DNA of 50,470 nucleotides from Perkinsus olseni (Eukaryota): NCBI GenBank assembly GCA_013115125.1, contig JABANN010000227.1, positions 1 to 50,470 of the forward strand, read 5' to 3'. Shown piece by piece: positions 25,852 to 37,626 of this stretch (position 1 is its first letter; each line of letters starts with the position of its first letter). The notes under the pieces were generated by a model. It saw only the letters and a program-made list of their open reading frames with translations, ran no database searches and was not told where the DNA came from. The position numbers and the translations under genes were made by a program.

Positions 25852-28022
25852 ATGAGCTCGACTGACCTGGATATGTTACTACGAGAGCTGGAGGGAGTGC
25901 GGCAGGTTAAGCTGGCATTGGACGAAAGAGAAGATACTCTCCTTGAAGCCGTATGGGTTATGCAGTTCCCAACCACTATTACAGGACAGGTATCTTTGGG
26001 TTGACCATGCAAGATACAAATTAGGTCAGGCTGAGGCATCAGGTGCTATGTGATGCTCGATTGCTGCACCGAATATGCAGCTTCAACTCTCTTAAGGAGA
26101 CTTACAGTGTGGGAATGACTTCATCTTTATTACTTCGGAACCTCATCGACGGCAACGGCGCTTGGGTGGGTGGCAGTAAGCCGCTGCTTCTCACACCACA
26201 CCATTCGTTTCAGCCTCTATACCAAGTCGATTCCCGAAGGATCCCTCTAGAGCCTGTCAATGTTAACCTAGCTCATCTTAGCGCGCTGAGGATAGTTTCT
26301 CCAGTGGGAAGTTGGATGATGACGCTGCTTGGGAAAGAAGCCAGGAAGGGGTAGGTGGGCGACTACTGTTGTGATGTTAAGTCGGTGAGAGTAAAAATTT
26401 TGAAGAAAGCTTCGCAGGGTTATTGCATGTGAAAGTCAGACGGCCGCGCATTTCTTACGGAATTGTGGTGAGGAAGGATGGCGTATCTTAGGTTGATTAT
26501 GGTCCTAGACGGACTGCATGCGATCGACCGGGGTGTGTATACCCGTAGTTCTTGCTTGTGGCATAGTGGCCTCATTTTTATGATCTCTCTCAAATCTTAT
26601 AGCGCTTTACAAGAATTTGGTCGTAGGTTCAGCGAACTCACTTCCGCGTATCTTATCGAGCCTTCCGAAGCCGTCATGGAGCTTCTTCTATTTTATGCTA
26701 CATTCCTGACCACAATCGCCTACAAGGGAGAAATGTCCCCGTCTTTCCGGTCTCTATTGTCTGCTCATGCATCTACTCTAGTGGACTTATCTCTGTCACT
26801 GCTAGGCAGCTGTCCGGAAGGTTACACACTACCGAAAATGGCGAATCTTTTGTCTTTGGACATCGTCAATGGGCCTTTCGAGTTGTCTCCGAGTCAGCTT
26901 GGTGAAGTACTCGAATCACCGCGTCTGGAGTGCCTCTACCTAGCGGGCGTTGATCTGGTCGAAGATGAGGGGGTTGGTAGAACCGGGCGGCCGAGGATGA
27001 GTTGTGGGGAATTCATAAAGGCATCTTTGGAGAGCCAGCGGCTGATGGAGGTCGTCTTGAAGTGGTCCGACCCTACTTGTGTAAGTTAAGCATCAACCTA
27101 AGATTCCATCTCAACTGCAGTTGGATCGACTGTCTGGAGATGCTCCTGCCTGGTTGACGCTGGCGAGCATGCGCGGGTCGACGCTATCCCAATGGAGATG
27201 GCTGAGGATCACCAGCACTGGTGGGTAATAACTATGCCTTTGGCGGGGTAGTGTTACTCAGGAGTGATGGCCTTCCAGTATGGGGACCCTCCGGACTTCG
27301 CCGAGAAGATGTTTCTTCAACAGTACAGGGACGTTGATGATGGGGAGAGTCTCATCAGAGCTGAGGTGGGACTTGGCCGAATAGTTTACTTTTCGTTCTA
27401 GTTGTATGGCATGCACACTTCTTTCGAGCCTTCGAAAGGACTCTCTACCTACGTGTAGGGCAACTGCAGTCGAAATGACGCTCGTTTTCGTTTTATCCCG
27501 GAGAGCCTTATCAGAGCTGCGGTGGGGCCTGGTATTAGATCTCAGTCTGCTTGATTCGATCTTGGGAGAGTCATCAGCTATCATCAACTACATTTTGTGC
27601 TTCGCTCCGCGAAAAAAGGCCATTCGTACCATGAGTAAAAGTGCTCGCGTTGAGGAAGATTATTGTTGTGATGGCCGGAGTTCTCATCTTATTACAGCAG
27701 TTTTCATGTATCAACCCAGATACGGCTTGGAGACCTTCCTGCTGATTTCTACTACCAATATATTGATGATGAGAAGAAGAAGGCAGTCCTCGGACAAATC
27801 GCTCTGAGAGTTGCCGTAGCGATGGCTGATCGACACGCCGAGAGGCTCTCCTTAGCAGGTCAGCTGGCTCCTTCTAGTCTCTTATTATCTCGTCCTAGAT
27901 ACCCCGCCGATGGTACGGCCTGCGAGGAGGAGCAGCGTCTCCACACGAGGGAGCTTCGGATCTCGCTACGCTCCGTCGGTCATGACCGAGTCCACGAGAG
28001 CGAGCAGTGGTGGTCGATTTAG
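25852..28022 (+). CDS. Hypothetical multi-exon Leu-rich (F-box/LRR-like) protein
   Basis: First exon MSSTDLDMLLRELEGVRQVKLALDEREDTLLEA|gtatgg, then VLCDARLLHRICSFNSL, then a long exon in ORF 26478-27089 with LxxLxL patterns (LVDLSLSL, LLSLDI, LECLYL). Confidence 0.5.
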
Positions 28023-28207
28023 TAGCCCCTAGTAGTTCCTTTACGTTACTTTAGTTTGTTTAACGGTGGAATTAAATTTTCACCGAAAATTTTGGTATGC
28101 TACACGCATGCACATGATAACACATTCGTTTCGAGTGTTTTTATTTTTCCCCATTTTCGCTTTTTGCGTTTAGTCATCTATTAACAGCTTCTGAGGCTGT
28201 TGGGGAT

Positions 28208-31200
28208 ATGTCATCTTCGTCACCAGCTCTTAACGAGCGTGCCGGGACGCTGGCGTTCAACGTGCTGGACACGCTCCATCGTGAAGGATCGCTGTCGAGA
28301 GATGAGATGGAGTTTTATAAGGTGCAATATGAGAGGCTGCACAAGACGATAACGGAAAGGTGATAAAAATTGGGCGGATACCGCGCGGCAGTTCAAATTG
28401 TATGCACTGCCACGATTTTGTGGAATTTTCTGACGGGTGCGGGTAAATTTAACGCAGTTTTTTTCTGAGTTTTTGTACTTTTGATATCCTCGTTTTGGTC
28501 GGTCTGGAGAGAGGTCGCGAGGGAGCTTATTGTAAAGAAAAAATCCAGAGTGGGGAATCTGACTATTTTTGTGACAAGTACTTGGTCTGTATGTTGGTTC
28601 GGAATTTTTGAGTTGGAAAAGTCGTGAATATACGAGGTTGGTTTCTGAGCGGGAAGCGCCCCAATCTCGGACGTTGGATCGTAGTTACGAATCCGAGAAG
28701 GAGTTGTTGCAGAAGGGGAAGGACTTGAATGTGGAACTTACTAAGGAGATGATAAAAGTAGACGGGGAAGACCGCGATCGCTTGGACTGGAATCATACAC
28801 GAACGTTTATAGCTTGTAAAAAAGTAAAGAGTAAAAAGATACTTGATTGAAGTGCTTATAGCTTGAAAATTTCGTCTGGGGAGGACCTTTTTGCCGTTCC
28901 CCGTTTGTTTCGCGGGGAGGTGTCTATTGTTATTCAGCAATCAAAGTGATGGGAGGTTTTAGCCCAGGCCTCGAAGAAGGATAATCCTCGACAAAGGCGG
29001 GGATGAAAGTCAAGCATTTTTTTGCTGGTTTTTGTCAGCCATTGGTCGTCATGAGCTTCGATAATGTGGTACGAGCGTCTAGTCTCGTTATCGTTCGTGA
29101 CACGATGATTGTGGTTGAGAATATCAAACTGGCGGTGAATAGACATTGCAGGTGTTGAAGTAGCATAAAAATATTCAGCATTTTCTCTTCACACTGGGTC
29201 AATTTTCGTCTTTGAGATATCCGACCAGTGGCAAAATCACGTTGTAGTCGTGCGAGTAGCATAAAATTTGGCAGTGATATCCTCACGCGGGCTCTCTGGC
29301 TATATCTAAGTAATGGGAGAAATGGCGTCTTCTGCTGAAAATCTTTCTCTTAGCGTTAGTATGAGTATTTTGCTTGTTTAGTATTTTCTCGGTTGTTTGT
29401 CGAGAAATGTGAAGTCATAATTTTGTGGTTGACAGGTTGAAAAGGCGAGCATAGAACAGGCAGATGACGCGGCTGCAGTCGGAGCTATGAGGGCTAGTGT
29501 GAAGAAGATTGCATCCGAGGTCCAAGTTAGCAACGAGAAGGAGGCAATGTGCGTACTGCAGGTGATAATTGGCAGGGTGGTGGAGAGGGTGATTGATGTC
29601 TCTTTCTTGGGCTAGGGATGGACCGCTAGACATGTTGATTGCTTACCGCGATGCATCGCAGTTTACGAAATGTCATGGAATGTCCATGAGATTGAGAACG
29701 CAGGTTGTTCTAGTTTCGTTCAGTTCGAGATTGTTATTCAGCGGGCTTCGCTGTTTGGTTATCCTGGTTCCTGCGGTGTACCAGATTAGGCGTCTCTGAA
29801 TTTTGATGAACTCATGAGGATCTCCGTGAAGCCCTCTACGAAAGCCCGTGGACTTCATTCGAATTACGGAGCGATTTTTGTGGTATGTAACAGCTAGGTG
29901 ATGAGAAGGTCGAAGCTGTTTTAACGGACCATCGTGATGGTTTTGGGAGATTGTGTAGTGTCGTTAAACGCTTCTCAGTATGCCCTCTGCAAGGTTTTTT
30001 CAATTTTTTTAGTGGCCGAATTTATCAATCTTAGGTTATGTTTTTTGCTATGGAACATCGAATTAGATGTCTCAAAATTTTATGCTACCGTTCCGTTGAT
30101 AACCTCTCGATGGGATTCATGGCGAATCTGGTTCAGGCGTTGGAGGTATCTAACGACCTCGTGTCGGTCAGGGAGGATATGGCTGATCAGGAGGCCTACG
30201 AGCGGGCCCTGTTGGAGCCCCAGGAAGAGAAAATGAGAAAGGGTAGGGTCGAGTAACATTGTGGGAAGTTTACTTGGATTGGGAATGTGGCTGCGGGTTT
30301 GGTGATGTGATCCGGTTGAGAACTGTTGATCATTATTTCTCTTTTTCGCCGCATTTCCGTTTTCCCCTATTATTATTTTTTGTATTATTTTTGCAAAAAA
30401 ATCACGGCTTGGTGAAATGTGAGATCAAAATGACAGGAAATAATTCCGTCGATTTTTTTGAGGAAAATTTCTGTTTCATAATTTTTTGTCTTCCCATCTT
30501 CGTATGTTCCTGTCCGTATCTTTCCCGTGAATCATGTTGTATCTGTCCGTAGCTGTCGAGGAGCTGTCCGAAAAGCTAGCAAATGGGCGAGAAGAGAAGG
30601 AGGCAATAGAAGATGATATTAAGAAAGCTGATGAGGTAGTAGAATTGGGAGGCTTCCATCCAGCGGGGAATCGCGGAGGGGTCTTGGTGACTTTTGGTGG
30701 CCCTCGGGGAAGTAAAGGTTCGGAACTCATCCGCTCGAAAAAAAAGATTCTCTGTGGGAGCTCGCGGAGGAATCCAGGTCGTCTAGCCGCGTCCGCTCGA
30801 GTGGTACGCTCCTATATATTTGCAGAAGCATCATGGGCCGAGTCGTCACCTATGTAGGTTTGTTTGGGTTGATCTCAGGAAGTGGGGAAGTTGCGGTATA
30901 GAATGGGAGAGGAGAGAAGGGGTCTGAGGGACGCGGAGGAGGACTTCCACAGACTGCGGGTGGGAGAGAGAGTTTCAGTGCTTCGGGTGGACGGTGGTTG
31001 GACGATTCAGGATGATCCGGAGAGGTTGGGAAAAGAAATTGGAAGGAATGTTGAAGTTTTGGGGATGATCAGAACGGCTGCGGAGGAGGAGAGAAAGGAA
31101 ATTGCGAAGGTGTGGGGAGGGGCCGCGGGATGCTTCGAAACCGCAGCTTGAGTTTTTCGAAAGTGAATTTTGCGATGAAAAATGCGGATTTTTTTTATTT

Positions 31201-34200
31201 TTTTGCGGGTAAAACTGTACTGTGATCAGGCAGAGAAAAATATTGATAAGAAAGAAGAGAGCATGGTGGAGGTGAGGAAGGAAGCGAAGCCGTTGCGGAT
31301 GAGAATCCAGACGATCAATGATACGGTAAGTTGGGGATCTTCTGGCCGTAGTAGGCAAGCTTATTAACTCTCAATCGATTGGCCTGCTCTTCCGGGACCT
31401 GTTTGTCTGGTTGAGGGGTTGATAAAGGGGTAACTTGTGACCCGTGTAAGCTACCCATTCCGGAGGTGTGCAGTTTCGTTTCCACTCACGGTGGGGTGGG
31501 GAGAGAGATTGTTTGATAGTAGCATTAATTGCGGATCTTCATTTTCCCTGTCATTTTTTCGGTCCCTATTTTCATGTTGGTTGTTGCGGATTTTTGACAG
31601 AGAAATGCCGGGCCTAGGATTCGAACCCGGGAGTCCGGGGTGCGCTGGCTATGTCGAGTAAAGGAGGCCCGGCATTTCGCCATGAGGGCCTAGTTTATGA
31701 TTTTTGTGGGCGTCTCTGTGATATTCTTCTTTCAGATTGAGGTGATGAATCAAGGGCTAACGCAGATTAAGGTGAAGTTGTCGAATGAGCGGGAGAGGTA
31801 GTAGAAGTACTGGAACCGAGAATCGAACTCGGGACCTATCGCGTGTGAGGCGATCGTCACAACCAACTAGACCATTCCAGCGGTGGGTACCTTAGGATAG
31901 CTTTAGTGTAGGTACATGGAGGAGGTATCTCGGAAAGTCGGACTTGACATGCAGCTGAGGCAATGCAAAGATAATTTTCTCCACGCTCAAGTGAGATTAT
32001 GATCGCGTATCCAAGGTCGATGCTGGCTTGTGACAGAATGAGGCCGCTCGGAAAGATAAACACCTCTACAGAGCGAAGAGGGACACTAAGCAAGGTATGA
32101 TCAAACAGGAGAGGGCGGAGGTGGCGTTGAAGGCTACGGAGGTAATTGTGGGTGGCATTGGAGGGGAGGAAATTGCTATTCTAGTATTAGCTGCTGCATG
32201 TGAGTTTAAAGTCTAACGCCTACGATAATACGGCTTAGAACTGATGTACTTTTTTGTGGGGAGCAGTTACGAAGGTTAACGTGAGCGATGCGCTCCCCGT
32301 CGTCTGTCGGCCAGGGTGCAATACGTAAATTTCGTATTTTTCGATACTTGTTTCTGTTACATTTTTTCAGGGAGGAGAGAATTTTTCCGATTTTTTTCGG
32401 CCGTTTTTTTTGTGGAAAAGTTGAAGATTTTGGTATCAGGGAGAAATAGAAGAGGCTGTCGACCTGGCCGAGAAGATAGCGACTGATGACAAAAAGCAAG
32501 AATCTTTACTCGAGGAAGTCCAGGCGGAGGTTGACATCTTCATGGCAGCCTTCATGCGGCAGGAATCCATGGACCATCATAAAAGTTGGAAATTTTTCGT
32601 AGTTGTGGTGGATTTTTTTCCTGGGCAGAGATGGATTATGAGGGTCTCCTTGCGAGGCTTGCTGATCAACAGAAAGAGTTGCAGGTAGTAGTGTAGAGGA
32701 TATGCTGTTGGTGGCGTGACGGATTCTGAAGTTATCGCCCCAACCAAGGCGATGAACTTTCTTTTCCAGATGGATCAATCTGGTCATAGCGCTGACGAGG
32801 GGCTCCCGTTTTCCGCGGGCTGCGAAGTGAATTCACAGGAGTTGGCTCCGAACGAATCTCTTCGCACAACCAGTTCTAGGTTGGCGTGAACGCTGAAATT
32901 GGGTGGGCTAAGAGTGTTTCTCCTGCAGAATTCAGTGCTCCAAATCATCTTAGAATATTTCCGAAAAGAGCGATATCTCGGTTACAATCACGAATCAGAA
33001 ACTCTTTCTTGGATATGTTGTGTATAATAGCAATGCATAAAGATTGAAAGTGTAGTCAAAACCGTTTCATGAGTAGATTCTGAGTAATCGGCGAGCGAAA
33101 AATCAATACTGCATACCATCACAATCGCAACTCATCATCCTACCCACGTGTTGGCCTTTCAGGCGTTGGGAAAGGCGGAGGCTTCGGCAAAGCAGAGGGA
33201 AAGGTTTCTGATCAGTCAACGGGAAAAGCTGAATCGGGACACGGAGTTGGTGAAAAAACTTTGCAAGCAGACATTGGGCGAGGTATGTATGTAATCGATC
33301 ATCAGGGCGCGCGCTAAATGCATCGCGTTGTAGGTGCAGATGAAAATAGCGGAGGAAGCGGACCAGCGGAGGAAATTGGAGAGTTGTGGTATGCGACAAA
33401 AGGAGTGCCGATCGGCCTACGAGATAATCAAGAATGAGCGGAATAAGTGCGATCTTGCTATCTTGTCCCCACTTGCATTTCCTCAACGCTGAAGGTATCT
33501 TAACTTGATCCAGACGGCTTCTCAGAGAGTTAGTGAGATGCAGGAGAAGTACCGAATGTTGAATAATGAAGCGGATGTTTTACAAGGGGAAAGTCACGCC
33601 AAGGGAAAGGCGGTGGAAAAGGCCAAGGCCGAAGCCGCGAAGTGGCGAATTTCGTGGCGCAGTGACGATTTTTTAGGTTAATTATCGCGAAAATATCTTT
33701 CCTAGTCATCGAGATGTTTTCGAAAATTTTCGGTATTCTCGCGAATTTCTGAGATGATGGTTTCGGAAATATTTTTCATAGTGATGGGACTGTTGTCAGT
33801 TGTTATCGGTTTTTTCCGAATTTTTTCGGGATTTTTCTACGAATTTAGTGATGGTTGCGAAAATATATTTCCGGTGAAGGGTTGGTCAGAAATTTTCTGG
33901 AATTTTTGCAGATTTTTTCCATCAGGCAGAGAAGCATCAGAGATCGACTGTTGAGTGAATATAATAAGATGAACAACAAGGGTCACGAACTTAACGATGA
34001 GGTTGGAAAAATTTTCCGAAAATTTCCGGAAATTTTTTCTCGGACAGGTCGAGCGAAATGTTTCGGATATTGACAAGTTGAACTATATGATAAATAACCT
34101 GGAGAGGAAGCTGGAGGATATCGGCGAGAAGTAGTGACGGGTCCGGTGGAGGGAGTTCAAAAATCAGGCGGAGCGAAGGTCGTTTTGTCTCTAATAAAAG

Positions 34201-37200
34201 TGCTCCTTCCGAAGCCGGGCCTTGACGCACGTTTAAGGTTTGGGGATGCTTAGGAATCGCTTAGGATCGATCGCCGAATCAATCGTAATTTTTTTGGCTT
34301 GTCATTAGCAGTAGTAGTAAAAGTAGCGACGGTGGCTGTGTCGGTGGATATCCTACTTAGTTCGAAGTAGGAATGAGTTGGATCTGTTGCGGCTATCTTA
34401 GTCACTAGGAAACCATTTATTCGTAATCATGATTTTTTGTGAGCGATGGGCTTACGCTTTATAGCTGCTCGATGCTATGCTATGCTGGTCTTGATGGTTA
34501 GAAATATGAAATTCGATTTTTTCCGCCCGAAATTTGTGCGGATTACCGATTTGTAAGGCGGAAGAAACGCCTTAGAAATGGTGGCTTTGGAAGGGTAAAG
34601 GTTGGTACCAAATTTCGTTGGGCAGGAGTTTTTCTGATCAGATATGAGGCGACGCTGGAGGACCGGAATTTCGCAGGCGTTGAGTTGATTGATCGAAATG
34701 ACGAGCTCTGCGTTTTATGGGAGAAGTTTAATTCTTTGGAAGGCCGGACGGCGAAGGTAGTAGTCGATAGAGTATCTTAGGTTGATGCGTGCATTTTACG
34801 GGTGGAAAAGGTACTCATGTAGCTAACGTATATGATACGATGAGAGTAATGACTTAATTTTTGCAACGAAAAATCGGAGCTCCACGCGAACTTTCCGGAT
34901 TCGGGATCGATCGATCATAGTCGCCGAGAAATAATTTAAACGAACAAAGGAAGCGCGGGAGTGATAGTTTCATGCTCCGTTCGCTTCTGCAATTACCCTG
35001 GAAGTGTATTTTAAGGAGGTAGTATCCAAGGTTGATTCTCGCATTTCGCGGATGGAAAAGATACTCAAGTGATTCACGCGGGAGTATCTTTTTTAGGGGT
35101 CGGTGGCGATGTTGAAGCTCTCGGAAGATATTCGACAGCGGACGTTGGCAGCGGGTCAGCTACGAGGAGAGGTAATGAGGGAAACGATCGCTAGTGGTGT
35201 CAGAAAAAATTTGAAATGGAATCTTTTTAGTTGGATATTATCAAGAAGCAGCTCCAAGTCGCATCCACGAATGCTGGAATCGATCGTCAGGGCGAGCGCG
35301 CTTTGCAATCGGGTATCGGTCTTGTTGGGGTGAAAATGATAGCGTGTCTTTTAGTTGGGATACACCCGTCCAGTGTCGGGTCGGGACCGTTGATGGTGGG
35401 CGAAGCGGATGGAGCTGTTGTGGTAGAAAAGATGAAGGTGAGCGTATCTTAGGTTGACCCTAGGATTTCACGGGTGAAAAAGATACCTTTTGTCAGGAGC
35501 AGCTGGCTGCGTTGATTGAGAAGTCGGCGATGCTGTCGAAGGAGTTGGAGGACCCGAATAGTGTTTTTCGGAAATGGCGAGAATTGGAGGGAAAAGTGTT
35601 TCGGGCAAATGTCGTATTTTTCCTGAAAATCTGGAAAAATTTCAGGATTTTTTACTTACACGGTGGTTGCAAGAAACTTTGTGATGTGAGTTTACAGTCC
35701 GACGCTCGAAAACGAATTATCTGTTCGACAGGGGTGGTAGTGGTAACTTCCCTTCGTCGGGAACGGAGCGCTCCCTGTTCAATAGTGTTAGTTTATAGTC
35801 CGACCGAGCCGATAGTATCGCCGTAGTTTTACGCTTTTTTTTGAAGTGTTGCGTATCTTAGGATCTCGACAGGGACATTCTTGCGGCGAAGATACGCCTA
35901 CTAGAGGAGAGGTTGAATGATAAGAAGGAAACACTGGTGGAAAAGGTACGAAATTTTCGGGGAAAATTTCATAAATTTTTGCGTGAATTTCACGATTTCG
36001 CGGAGGATTTTGAACGATGTGGTCGAATGAATTCGTTAGGGTGGAGTTTTTTTCCGAAAAAATCGGGAAAAAATAGCGGAAATCTTCTTCGTAAATTTCG
36101 CGATTTTTCGGAGGACGATGTGTTTCAGGGAATTATTGAGGGAGGGCTTTGTTTCGGAAAATGTTGAGGGAAATAACAGAAAATCCGGGAAAATGAGTGA
36201 CAAATTTTTGGACTGTGGTGGGAGAGACGGGAAATTTTTGATCGGGCGTTGATGATCGTTGATGGTAGGATATGATTTTGGAGGAATTGGAGCCGCTGTG
36301 CAGCAAAGTGGCGGCCCAAGTTGCCGAGGGAAAAGAAGAAAAACTGATTCTGATGCAAAAAGTAGAAAATTCTGAGGGGTAATTTCGTGGCGCGTGACGG
36401 TGGTGTAGGTTAATTCGCTACAGCAGACTCTGCGGGATTTGACGAGGAAGTTGATTTCGGCGGTTTCGGAGTTGTCCATGTATCAAGCGACGGCGTTGGA
36501 GGGAGAGGGAGAGAATAGGAAGCTGCAGGCTCTGGTTGATGAAGCCGTGGAGAGGTTACGAGTTGGGGATGTTGTGGTACGTGATTTGGGATGGGCTGGT
36601 GGGAGTATCTTGAGGTTGGTTATGGGTCGATGGGAATTGATGGATAAAAAGATAGTAAAAAATTTTGTTTATCGTTTTCAATGATGATATCGTAAGGTAG
36701 CTGGATGCGCGTTTTTTCGGGCGGAGCGAAGCTCGCCGTTTTGGAGATGTTAGCGAAGAGCGTACGGTGAAAATTTCTTAGCCGACACGAAATGACAAGA
36801 ATTGGGGAATTTTTGGTATCCAGTTGGTTGGGGGATGCGTTCAGGTGTAGTTGATTCAGAGAATCAGGATGGGAATTAATTATTAGTATCTTAGGTTGAC
36901 CCTGGGCAAAGATGAGGGAGAAAGATATCATTTTCGGTGTTAGGAGCCTGTGGTACCCTTCCCTGGTGAGTCGGAAGTGGTGCTGCAGCGGGCCAGGAGA
37001 GGGGAGGAAGTTGAACATGAATACTCGCAGGAAAGGCAGAGGAAAAAGAAGGAAAAAGATGAAGCTAATGATCCCAATGCTGTTCGGTAGGGAATTTCGT
37101 GGCGCGCGGTCATTTGGTGAGCGATTGGGTCCCCCGTGAAAGTCAAGGTCGATTCTGGAATTTATTTTTATGCACGTGACTCGCTTCTGAATTTCGGGAA

Positions 37201-37503
37201 TTGTTCTCAAGCAACCAATTTTATGATAATTTTTTTAATTTTTCGGTAACGAAAAAGTGAATAAACTAATACTAATAATTTTGACAAATAGATTCGCTAC
37301 AGCTGAGTCTATAATAAACCGTTGATTGGTATCTTAGGTCGACCGCAGTACCGCGCGTGCAACAGTACGTCCCTGAAGATGGGAGTATCGGGCTGCCTAG
37401 GGCCTATGGTGTTCATGCGCCTTTCTTGCCGAGCGAGGCGGGAGCTAACATGAGGCACTTTCGGAAGTCGGGAAGGGAGAAAGGAGGGGATGTCGATTTT
37501 TAA
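28208..37503 (+). CDS. CCDC146: Coiled-coil domain-containing protein 146 (MBO2-like flagellar protein)
   Basis: Many short coiled-coil exons. Diagnostic segments DRNFAGVELIDRNDELCVLWEK (34660), ELEDPNSVFRKWRELEG, TRKLISAVSELSMYQA and C-terminal STAVPR..YVP...LPRAYG.HAPFLPSEAGANMRHFRK. Stop 37501-37503. Confidence 0.85.
31602..31678 (-). pseudogene. tRNA-like hairpin relic in a CCDC146 intron
   Basis: 14-bp perfect IR gaaatgccgggcct / aggcccggcatttc. On the minus strand a T-arm CCGGGTTCGAATCCTAG directly precedes the 3' arm. No proper D or anticodon arm. Confidence 0.6.
31808..31881 (-). tRNA. tRNA-Val (anticodon CAC), intronic and antisense to CCDC146
   Basis: GCTGGAA TG GTCTAGTTGGTTGTGAC G ATCGC CT CAC AC GCGAT AGGTC CCGAG TTCGATT CTCGG TTCCAGT A. 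Full cloverleaf with paired acceptor, anticodon and T stems. Confidence 0.9.
34770..35486 (+). repeat. Three near-full copies of the ~47-bp hairpin element (34770-34816, 35021-35066, 35444-35486)
   Basis: Example: GAGTATCTTAGGTTGATGCGTGCATTTTACGGGTGGAAAAGGTACTC. Ends are near-inverted (GAGTATCTT / AAGATACTC). Confidence 0.85.
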
Positions 37504-37626
37504 TTAGAATGGTGTACTTGTGAGAAGTTGTGGTGTTGGAGTGGTAGGGGGATGGTGGGGTATCTTAGGTTGAAGCGTGCACTTTGTAAGGTTGAAAGAT
37601 ACGCTTCAGTTAACAAACTTGTTGCC

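Noticed and set aside
33700-34050. F/K/N/I-rich ORFs here and in similar regions (e.g. 4030-4242, 15900-16140, 35913-36479)
   Set aside because: They arise from intronic A/T-run (ttttcggaaaa-type) low-complexity sequence and are not protein-like.
34770-35486. CRISPR-like array from the repeated GTATCTTAGGTTGA motif
   Set aside because: Irregular spacing, degenerate copies, eukaryotic intronic context and no cas genes.
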